Source of the DNA: Neophaeotheca triangularis
Lineage: Eukaryota
Reading direction: 5' to 3'
DNA: 64,000 nt
Assembly: GCA_054600435.1 (NCBI GenBank)
Contig: BAAIJX010000073.1
Location: 1-64,000, forward strand
Shown here: positions 54,283 to 64,000 of the stretch, one piece after another
Layout of the letters: the number at the start of each line of letters is the position of its first letter
Numbering within the stretch: the first letter of the stretch is position 1
Program-made: the position numbers and the translations under genes
Notes under the pieces: model-generated
What the model was told of the DNA's origin: nothing
Seen by the model: only the letters and a program-made list of their open reading frames with translations
The model's database searches: none

Positions 54283-57200
54283 ATGCTCAAAACACCCCCT
54301 TTGCAAACGGCGACGGCCACAATCGAGACACTGTGCGGTCGTCTACAGTCAGCAACACTCCTTGAGGATCGCAGAGCAGCCATACTTGGCCTCCGAAGCT
54401 TTGCCAAACAGTATCCCGCCTCGGTCGCCAGCGGTAGTCTGCGAGAACTCATAGCTACCCTCCGCAGGGACGGTGTGGGCAATGCAGACGGCTCCGCCAA
54501 GAAGAGCCGCGATGCCTCCACCGCCGACGGGGAAGAGGGTGGTGACGTCGACACCATTCGCCTGGTGATGGAAACCTTGGTCAACCTGTTTAACCCCGAT
54601 AGCGCCAGCGCCGAGACCAGCGATGAGATTCTCTTCTTCATGGCCGATGAATTCAGCATGGTAAGTCTCCTCCTCCGTCTTTGAGGTTGCTAAAGCTAAG
54701 CTAATGCCAGCGACAAGACAATGTCTCCCTCTTGCTCTCCATCCTCGACCCTACCAGCCCTGTAGCCGACTACTACTCGAGACTTTACAGTCTGCAATTG
54801 CTCTCGGCCATCTGCGCTGCCCGCCCCGAAAGACTACAAGAGTGCATCTTGAGCGCTCCATTGGGTGTGTCGCGTTTGGTTGGTGTGCTCGACGACGCAC
54901 GAGATGCGGTCAGGAACGCTGGTCTGCTTTTGCTCGTCGACCTGACTGCTGGCGCGAGCGACGAGCTCCGCAAGATCGTGGCTTTTGAGGATGCTTTTGG
55001 AAAGATCTTCGCACTCATACGTTTGGAAGGCGGATTGGGGGATGCTGGCATCACCGCTCAGGACTGTCTCAGTCTGCTGGCCAACCTCATCCGCAACTCT
55101 GCGAGCAACCAGAGCATGTTCCGGGAGTCGGGATGTGTCGCGCAGCTCAAACAACTACTAGGACAAATCTTCCCATCCGAAGACGATGCGCCTTTTGTGA
55201 CGCAGAGCAGAGAGAAGGGCGGCTGGGGCGTACTGGCATTGATCGGCTTATTCTTAGTACCGGGCGAGAACTTTTCCGCACAGAATCAGACTGCTTTCTT
55301 CCGCGCCGGGACTGCACAAACCTTGATCGACCTTGGATTTGCTGAAAACATCGCCCCACCGGTGAGGGCAGCTGCATTGAAAGATGCCGCTCTGCTCATC
55401 CAAGCAAATGCGCCTTTGCAAGAGTCTTTTGCGTCAATGACGGTCTACGTCTCGATCGAAGAGTCCATGGACGCTCTCCCGAACGGCGATCGGTCCAAAG
55501 GCTCGTCGACATCGGGAGGCCAGAAGTCCAGTGCGAAGTCAAGCGCAAGACCTAGCGCTGAGAAGCAGCCCACGTACATCATCGAAGCGTTACTCGAACT
55601 TGCGTTGAGCAACACGCGTCAGGACCAACCTTCGCGCTCTGCTGGTTGTGCGCTTATCCAAGCATACCTGACGAAGCACGACCGCATCCGAGCTCACTTC
55701 CTCCAGCGCGCCATAGCGGGCCACGCAGAAAACGAAAAGGCAGCAAACGCACTCAACACCCTCCTACAACCAACTACTACAGACCCACTGGGTGTCACGT
55801 TTGCATCGTGGATAGTGCAAGACCTCATTGTTGACAATTTGGAGACCAAAGCCATGCTGTCCGCTGTCAAGGAAGGCGACGAAGATGCAGGGGAAGACGT
55901 GCTGACTGCCATCCAATCTTTTGGCAGCCACCTGCAGACGGCCCTTCAACAAGGTGCTGATGAGAGAGTGGTCCTTGCCCACGCAAGCCTCCTGATCGTA
56001 GTCCTCTGGCAGTTCCCTGAAGGTATCGACAATCTACTGGCAGAAGGCTCCTCGCTGCTTCAAACGCTCGCCGAGCAGGCCAAAGCGCCGACCACCAGCC
56101 CCGCCGTCTCTGGGATCTCCTCAGCCCTCCTAGGCGTCCTCTATGAGTTCAGCACCAAAGATTCGCCCATTGCCCGTCGTACACTCGCTTCGATCCTTAT
56201 TCAAAAGCTTGGCCGAAGCACCTACCTCACCGCATTACTCTCGCTCCGTCAACACCCTGGCGTCCGGGACTTTGGCCTCGATGACCAAGACCCCTCCTCT
56301 CCAACACCAGAAATCCAGCTCTCGGAAACCTTTGTCGACCTGTTCCTCTACGAATATCCTCGTCTTCGCAAAGCCATAGACAAAGACCCCGGTATTGAAG
56401 TTCTCGCCACCTCAGCCGCCGAAGAAGGCGTCGACCGCGACGTCCTCGACACTTTACGCAAAGAGTCCGAAACTTTGCGTGAAACCTTGTCAACCGCGCA
56501 ACAAGACGCTCTCGTTCTAAACCAAGCCCACGAAACGGAAAAACTTACCGCATCAAAAGAACTCCAGACCGCCACCGCAGAGATAGAACGCTTGCGACGC
56601 AGTAACTCCGCCATGCAATCCAGCCACGAGAACGAGAGCTCCAAGTTGCAGACGAAATATAAGCAAGATCTCGAGCAACTGCAACGCACCAGCGAGCAGC
56701 GCGCGCACAACGCTGCCAACGAAGCCCAACGCTCGCTGGCGGCCGCTAAGCGGGAGACGGAGACTGCTATCACCAACGCAAAAGCCGAGGTTCAAAGAGA
56801 CTGGTCTGGCAAAGTACAAGAGTTGGAGAAGAAGGTCGCCGAGGGCGGCAATGCTTTGCGTTCAGAGCAGGCGAGGCTTGCAGAGGCCGCTAGAGCGCTT
56901 GAGACGCTCAAGTCGGAGCATGACACTATCACTACCCAGTCCAAGGACCTGGGCTCGCAGGTCGAGTCTTTGACCAGTCAACTTGACGCTCTGAAGAAAT
57001 CTCACGAGGACTTGAAGGCGCAGGCTGGGGCCGATGCCCAGAAGGTTGGCGATTTGACTTCGCAACTCGAGAACCACGAGAAGGATCTCGCTGCTTCTCG
57101 CGAGAAGGTCGAGGAGACGGTAGCTGAGTTGAAGGCTAGGGAGGCGGAGCTCGCTTCCGAGCGGGAGGGTTTTAATGAGCTTGAGAGCGAGTTTGAGGCA

Positions 57201-58052
57201 TTTAGGAGGAAGGCTGAGAGTGAGAGGGAGAAGGAAGTTGAGGAAAGGCGGAAGAAGAGAGAGGAGCGGGAAATGGAGAAGGTGGCTGAGAAAGAGGAGC
57301 GGGAGAAGCGGGAGAAGGAGGTCGAGAGTGAAAGGCAGGGGAAGGAGAAGTTGGAAAAAGAGATTGCTGGCGAGAGAGAAGAACGGGAGAAGCTCGGGAA
57401 GGATCTTGCTAGCGAGAAAGAGGGTAAGCAGAAGCTGGAGAAAGACATTGCGAGCGAGCGAGAGGAGAGAGAAAAGGAGAAGGCAAAGGAACAGGAAGAA
57501 CCTTCAAAAGCAAATGCCCAGAAAGACAAGAAGGGCGACAAGAAAGATAAAGACGCCCAAGCTGTTCAGCTTTTCAAGTCGAAAGTCGAGGCTTTGGGAA
57601 AGGAAGTCAGGGATCTCAAGGCTGAGGTCAAAACTGCTGGGGAAAAAACCGCGGTTGCAGAAAAGGCTCTCGAGACTGCTAGGAAAGACGCCGAGACCGC
57701 GAAGAAGGATGCCGACACTGCTAAAAAGGACGCCGAGACCGCGAAGAAGGACCTCGCCGCTGCTAAAAAGGACGTTGAGCAAGCTCGAAAGGACGCCGAG
57801 ACCGCCAAGCAGGATCTCGAGACAGCGAAGAAGCTTTCCACTACTGCCGAGGCGGACTTGCAGACTGCGAAAGAGGGAGAAAAGAGCGCCAAGGAGGAGT
57901 TGGAGAGTATGTTGCTTGTCATGGGGGACTTGGAGGCTAAGAGGGATGAGTACCGCGGGAAGGTCAAGAAGCTTGGGGGCGATGTTTCGGAAGATGAGGA
58001 TGAGGATGACGATGATGAGAGTGACGAAGAGGGGGATAGGACGCTTGATTGA
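54283..58052 (+). CDS. USO1: Uso1/p115 ER-Golgi vesicle tether, 2 exons (54283-54660, 54711-58052)
   Basis: LCGRLQSATLLEDRRAAILGLRSFAK, DEFSM|RQDN, RPERLQECILSAPLG, KIVAFEDAF, YEFSTKDSPI, long coiled coil and ELESMLLVMGDLE followed by an acidic tail. Confidence 0.95.
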
Positions 58053-58559
58053 GGGTAGTTTCAGGATTGAAATGGTGGGTTTAGTATGGTATGCCGGGGG
58101 TTGTATTCTACTTGTCCTAGTGTAGTCTGTAGGCTGGGCTTTGGTCCGACGCTTACATCTACCTCTGTTCAAATTTCAAAAGCCGCCTTTCACTTTCAGC
58201 CTGCTTTGCTATGTGTATGTATGGTCAACCGATGTAAAGTTTCAAGCGGAATCACTTGAACCAGACAAAAATCCATTTCATCGAGCCATACTTACATCGG
58301 AATGCTCAAAAGCGAGTGCCAAGCCCTAACATGTGACTCGTTGAAATTTCCAACGAGTGAAGTGAATATTGAACGTGAGTTGCTACCATATGTAGTCTGA
58401 GGCGGAAAATAGTAGTCGTAATTAAAACCCATGATTTCGAGTCTGTTGTGGAGCAACACCTATTCAGCGTCATGGCTACTTTAGATTACAGTTCACTAGA
58501 AGATCGTTCTAACGACGAAGGCTCCGCTACCCCCGAGTAAACTTTGCCCTGATCTTGCA

Positions 58560-59190
58560 CATTTTTCTCCCTCCGACTCTCGTGCGCTTTTGGCAAGATG
58601 ACCCTATTATCCCTTGACCGCTTCGGCAAAGGATCGCTTGAGTCGCAATTCCCATCCACTTCTTCCGCTTGGTAATTGACCGTTCAGTTGCCCGCGCTAG
58701 CAGGAGGGCCGTCAAGAAGTTGTTCGTGAAGGAGGCACCGTTAAGCCATATCATGACCAAGCCTAATAGAACGTAGGCAGAGCACGGCTACGAATAGCAC
58801 GGTGCAGTCTACGAGCCAGAATTTTAAGGGAGCGTAGGTGTAGATGTCTTCGACGTCTCGGAAGATTACGTTAGTGCTGGCGGAGGGGAAGAAGCGGTCG
58901 GAGTTCTAGCTGTCAGGGAGAGCGGATATCAATGATTGAGGTTGGCGATGGATTGATGGGAGATGCTTATGTGAGTAGTGGTGAACTGATCATGCTAATA
59001 GTGATATTGCTAAATAACTCCTCGATCGTAGGAGCAAGCGACCGATGTGGAAATTCCTGTGGGCCATCATACAGGCCTTGAACCTCCGTGACGTCGCTGT
59101 GATGATTCCATGTGCGAGGTCTCAGGATCTGTCGAAAAAGCCAATCCTATGGCCCGTAGGAGCGCCGTGGCGAGAACACCTGTGTCAATT
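58560..59190 (-). pseudogene. Frameshifted 3' remnant of a fungal membrane-protein gene of unknown function
   Basis: Fragments across frames: TGVLATALL, LAPTIEELFSNITISMISSPLL, DIYTYAPLKFWL, GLVMIWLNGASFTNNF and DSSDPLPK. They match the C-terminal pattern of a widespread uncharacterised ascomycete family as I recall it. The expected intron donor reads ATAAGC. Confidence 0.6.
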
Positions 59191-59938
59191 AAAAACGTAC
59201 GGGAGTTAACTTGATTCATTGGGCGTTGTCTATGCAAGGTAATTGGGAGGATGTTCCCAGCCGTCAGTGATGTAAGTAGTGAGTACCCTAGCTAAGTATA
59301 TCCCCCCTTTGCGCCTCAGCCAAATCTTCGCGGTGCAAGTAGGACCCCGAAAATCCCGCAAACAGCTGGCATTCAGACCGGGCGGCGGGAATGGGATCTG
59401 GAGAATTCTACCACTAGCAGAAGTCGCACGAACAATCCGTCTAGATGCTCTAGATTCTTCTGGGTCGGAAAAACCTGGCAAGCCGACGAAGTCGACTTAG
59501 CCTTCAGGCACCAGCAGTATTTGGCTTTCCGGACGTAAACGCCATCGTGGGGACGAAGAGCTTCTTAGAGTTGGTCGAAAAGTCTTACTCTGAAATTTTA
59601 CAATAACAAAGCCATGAAGGAAAAAAGACTGCGGTGGCCGCGTATAAGAGCCCGGACCCGGTACACTTCAAGCTCTTTTCCAAAAGGGGCGTGCAGATGC
59701 TTGTGATTTTGCAGCGGCGGGGAGATCTTACAACGACGGCTTGGTCCCTCATGGCTTAGTCCGAGACAGAGTTCGATTTTGAGTGATATTGTACAGTTGG
59801 CGCGAGGAGCGAGCCACGGCGCACCCTGAGTACGCTTTGGATTTGCGTAGCCTTCTATGCCCTGTTACCCTTTACTCATGGACCACGACACATGTGAAAC
59901 TTGCTGCATGGCACCCTCTGCTATTCCCGCTCTCGCGC

Positions 59939-62101
59939 TCAGAGATTCTTTGTGTCGGCCTTCCGGGCATCCAAGTTCTCCTCCTGCAACTCCCAGTCTG
60001 TCAGTTCTCTCGCAGTCAACAGGATCTCGTCCAGCCCCACATGCCTTTGCTCCTAACCACCATGATAAACGTCATTCCCGTTGAGTCTTTGAGGTGGCAC
60101 TCGCGGGCTGTTCGAGGTGTTGTAATCTTGCAACGACAACACTTTCCTAAACTGCTCCCCCAACAACTCGGCCTCTGGAGGGTAAAAAGGACGTTCATTT
60201 TCAACGCTCTGGTAGTCTAGGCAGGCAGCAATCTGAACATTTGGAAGGGATGCGAAAAAGGAGTCGTATTGAGGTTGTATGGCAGTGGCAAGGGACTCGA
60301 TGGCGGAGTAGTCTCCATCGGGTCGAAAGAGAGCCTACGGCCGGCGGTAGGAACCTTCGGCGCAAGACTTGGTGACCAAAAGGAGGGCGTTGAGTCGGTC
60401 GAGGACACGCTGATTTTCGGCCGTCGCGTTGAAGGCTAGATTGTGGAGCTCATAAGGATCATCCTAAGTGATGTGTCAAGAGAGGCTTTCCTTAATCGGG
60501 ACAAGGTTTCACCTACCTTGGTGTTGTAGAGCTCTGTGTCAATGACGCCGTTACACCATTTGGCAAAGTACCAAGATTCTCATTCATCGACAATGCGTAC
60601 AGTCTTGTAGCTGTTGTTGGTTTGGCGGAGAAGGGCAGTCCCTCAAAAAGAGCCCCGCCCCAGAACTCGATGTTGATCACCTCAGTCGCAATCCGTGCTT
60701 CTTTCTCACTAGCAGTCTTTCTATGCCATTGACGTAGGAGGCTCCTACCACCTAGAAATGGCGGCTACAGCTTCTCATCCAATCCGGCGATGTCTAGAAA
60801 CGTAGGTGCTAAGTCTAGATGAGTGCTAGGGTCAGCAGAAACTAAACCCTTCGGCACACTAGGCCTATGTACTGCGAACGGCAAGTTGGAGTCTTCCGCA
60901 TAGGGTATCGACTTGCCGGAGACTATTCGGTGCTGGCCAATATGGTATCCATTGTCGGTAGTGAAGATGAAGTAGGTGTTCTCAAGCTCTCCTCGTCTGT
61001 CGAGCATCGCCATCATGTCATACATTATCTCGTCGACGCCTTGCAATGACCGGGCTCTCTCCCGGAAATTGAAATCGGAGTACTCAATTTCAGTATCATT
61101 CATGGGACTTAGCTCATGAATCTAAGCAGGTTTCTGGTCCGTGTAAGATTGCGCCGGGTTGAAACTTGGCGTTCGAGGAGCGGAAGCGTTAGCGAAGAGG
61201 TCAGCATGGCGTTGCAAAGGCACGGGAGGCCAGATATCGAAATTTCCAGGAGCCCCAACATACTCCTGAGAGTTGTGAGGTGCTGCTGGAGCGACTTGCA
61301 TGTAGAATGGCTCCGGCTGATCGATGCTGTATTCAAGTCTCGCAAGTCTACAATGCTGTCAGCTCGTACGTAGTAGAAGGGATCGTGGTCAGACCAACGC
61401 CTTGGCGCGAACAACATCGGTCTGATGATATCTGGGATAAGACACGGGCCTCTTGCCATTCTCTGACATGACGACATTGTTGAATGTGTATGTGTAGGGA
61501 TCGACCTGTAAGAATGCATCAGCGCCACGGGCGGATGGAGAGAGCTCGTCGGGTAAGTCTAGTCCTACCAATACGTCGACATGATCCCATCCCTTGGGCG
61601 TCACGTGGTAATTTCCAGGAGTGATGCCGTTCAGGAATTTACCAATGTCTGGGTTGATATCAGACCTGCTTCATACTGCCGGCTCCACGTACCGAAGTTA
61701 TCAACGAACTTACACTCTGTCCGGTATCCGGCCTTCTTCAACCAAAAAGGCAGATAATCCTGGTCCTCACCACTCCACACCCATTTGTCATAATTGCCGC
61801 CAGGAGCGTTAACATGGGTGATGTTGGTATTGTGGGCAGCTTGCCCTCGAAAAACAGATGCTCTGGCCGGATAGCACTGGGCTACAGTGCCGAAATGGCT
61901 CGTAAATTCGGTGCCTTTTGCAATTATTTCGTCTTGGAGAACAGTCTGGAACCCCAAAGATCCAAGCCGTCGGTCTTGGTCATCAGTCATGACCATGACA
62001 ATGTTAGGGCGAATAGCGTGGTGGCATGGTTCTGTGGACGCCACCGCTTTGCCAGTAAATAGCGCGGACGAGAGCAGGACGAGTTGCTTGAGGCCGGGCA
62101 T
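59939..62101 (-). pseudogene. Secreted arylsulfatase pseudogene
   Basis: Signal peptide, PNIVMVMTDDQD, CYPAR (CxPxR), GQAAHNTN, RARSLQGVDE, NTYFIFTTDNGYHIGQHR, HLDLAPTFL, NNSYKTVR, ELYNT, DPYELHNL and RLNALLLVTKSC, interrupted by several stops and frameshifts. Confidence 0.9.
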
Positions 62102-62743
62102 TACGAGCTGTTCACAACGACGAGGAAGTGATTAAGTGCAACACCAGGCAAAGGCACGCGAACGAGGTGAAGTACAAATCGAATGTGTGGGGATGAAGTG
62201 AGGGGAAAATGCGGATACCTCTCATAAGGTATGGGGTGTTGATACGCATATCGCGGAGATGCTTGGCATTCCGCAGTCAAAATATCGCCTTCCTAAGGTG
62301 CCAGCCAAACAACGCGCAACGAAGCGGATGGCTCGAAGGAGTGACCCCAAGAGTAATACGATGCCCGGCATAATTCAAACTTGCCGCTTATGCCTGTCCT
62401 TCGCCGATGGAGCATGTCTAGCCTCGCGATTTGGATACCAAAGGCGCTTAAGGTACAAGGTATCCGCCTCTTTAATACGTTAGCGATCCTTTTGTCGAGA
62501 TGGTTGTGTGCTTCCATGGCCAAACTCTAAGCGCAACAGAGCGAACGTTGTAGCGAGCGAGACGGCTGCCGCTTGACAAGGAAGTGCGTGTAGCCGGATG
62601 GTGCCAGCAAGCTGCGAAGGAAGTCCGGCTAAGTGAGTCAATCATCAAACCAGTGCAAAGCCTGCCTTGACCCCAACAGCCACGGATCGATGCGTATGCA
62701 TGCTGCCTCGACTCTTTCATCTGTAGACCCCGGAGCCAAATTC

Positions 62744-63769
62744 TCAGGTCCCCGAAGCCCAATACTTCTCCAACGCTTCTTGACGCACCTCGTATGCCCA
62801 ATGATGGCACGTCTGGTGCATGACGGGGCTGACCTCCACTGGATCTTCATCCTCACCGTCGTCCCACACACTCCTCACCCCGGCAAGCCTGTACCTCTTA
62901 AGCAGCATCCTCCTCCACCTACCAGTAGGACCTACGCACTTCCTCCATCTCGAGATCTGCCTGTCGTCGTCCGCGCATCTCCTACCGCGAAAGAAGCGAA
63001 TATACCACTGAAACCAGCCTCTCACATCATGAGCGTGATCGATCCAACCCGCAGCTTCCCACTCTTCTATGCTCTGCCCGCAGCTCACTTTAAATTTGTT
63101 GACATCCGGATCGTACTCTGGTGACGTGACGAAGCGCTCAATGTTCAGACCCTTCAGCCATTCGGTGGGTAAGTCGCTCTCCCAGTCGCCGGAGACGGTA
63201 ATTCCTAGCTTCTTCGACCGCAGCGGCCTGTAGTATGCTCCTCCGAACGCTCCTTCGCGGAGCATTTCCTCTGGCGATTTGTTTGGGCGGAAGTCCTCGG
63301 CATCTTTGAAAACCCATTCGTTAGTGTCTGGGTCTCGTGTAGGTGGTTCGGCGTCGGGTTCCCATCGTGTCCAGTCTGCCACAATCTCGTCGACGTCCTT
63401 TATCGGGACTAAAGGCTCGGGATTCGAGATGTGCTTGCTGCCCAGCTCTTCTTCGGACTTGACGCCATTGCTGCTCTTTCCTGCTCTGCGACCAGCCGAT
63501 CGAGGCAGGCTGACGGCCTTGATGTCCGGGCCGTCATCGTTGTATCTTGGTCTCTCGGGTGCTGCGGCGATGCGCGCGCTTGTTCGTGAAGGCGTAGTGT
63601 CTTGTTGGAGTTTTCGCTTCTTCGAGGCCGGTGATGTGCCGTTCGTGCTGCTGCGTTTTGTGACTGATCGTGAAGCGGGAGGTGGTACGACCGACTGGAT
63701 GTCGAGCTGGGCGAGGAGCTTTTGGTTCTGCTTAATCTTGGCCTGCCGGCGCTCTTCGTAATCATTCAT
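62744..63769 (-). CDS. Conserved uncharacterised protein, ~341 aa (family often auto-annotated as HET-E-1-like, but lacks NACHT/WD)
   Basis: N-terminal YEERR..I..N..LL; C-terminal FRPNKSPEEMLREGAFGG.Y, NKFKVSCGQS...W...GWI, D.RGWFQWY.RF..GRR..DD.RQI.RW and SP...QT..HWAY. Confidence 0.8.
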   Translation of the reverse strand: MNDYEERRQAKIKQNQKLLAQLDIQSVVPPPASRSVTKRSSTNGTSPASKKRKLQQDTTPSRTSARIAAAPERPRYNDDGPDIKAVSLPRSAGRRAGKSSNGVKSEEELGSKHISNPEPLVPIKDVDEIVADWTRWEPDAEPPTRDPDTNEWVFKDAEDFRPNKSPEEMLREGAFGGAYYRPLRSKKLGITVSGDWESDLPTEWLKGLNIERFVTSPEYDPDVNKFKVSCGQSIEEWEAAGWIDHAHDVRGWFQWYIRFFRGRRCADDDRQISRWRKCVGPTGRWRRMLLKRYRLAGVRSVWDDGEDEDPVEVSPVMHQTCHHWAYEVRQEALEKYWASGT

Positions 63770-64000
63770 CCTGGTGTCGAAAGCAACCAACGTAGGATTA
63801 TGTAGAGTAATGTAAGTCGCGCAAGGTACTCAACACGCGACTCGAATGACGTAGAACTAACCGCTCCTCACCTCCCGCGTCCACTACCCGCCATCGATCC
63901 ATCACTCAACCTACTTACCCTTTTTTTGACTGGTGGCATTCCGACACGTCGACAGACAAATCGAGTCTAGATCTCCATGGCCTGTTTCGAGCCTGTAGTC

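Overview
Gene-dense, intron-containing DNA from a filamentous ascomycete, probably a Dothideomycete (inferred from gene content and GT-AG introns with CTAAC/CTGAC branch points). No prokaryotic features, CRISPR array, tRNA/rRNA gene or intact transposon was found. Housekeeping genes: SFI1, LEU2, an EAF-family factor, HIS5, DGK1, RAD6/UBC2, RAV1, RAT1/XRN2, USO1 and a 59-aa three-exon NDUFAF8-like gene missed by the ORF track. Accessory genes: an AsaB/CmcJ-type oxygenase, a ~1720-aa Zn-finger/P-loop GTPase/RING/patatin protein with Gly at the patatin nucleophile position, an aquaglyceroporin, a fasciclin protein, a HET-domain gene interrupted by in-frame TAA codons, a pectin lyase with an acidic repeat tail, and several conserved hypothetical proteins. 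The first 3.7 kb holds several tandem-repeat arrays, one with RIP-like C>T variation. The 58.5-62.1 kb region holds two pseudogenes, including an arylsulfatase with four TAG stops at likely Trp positions. Two window-wide patterns stand out: repeated C-rich to G-rich skew switches inside gene bodies, and a recurring intergenic CCTA/TAGG motif. All gene names come from motif recognition, not database searches.
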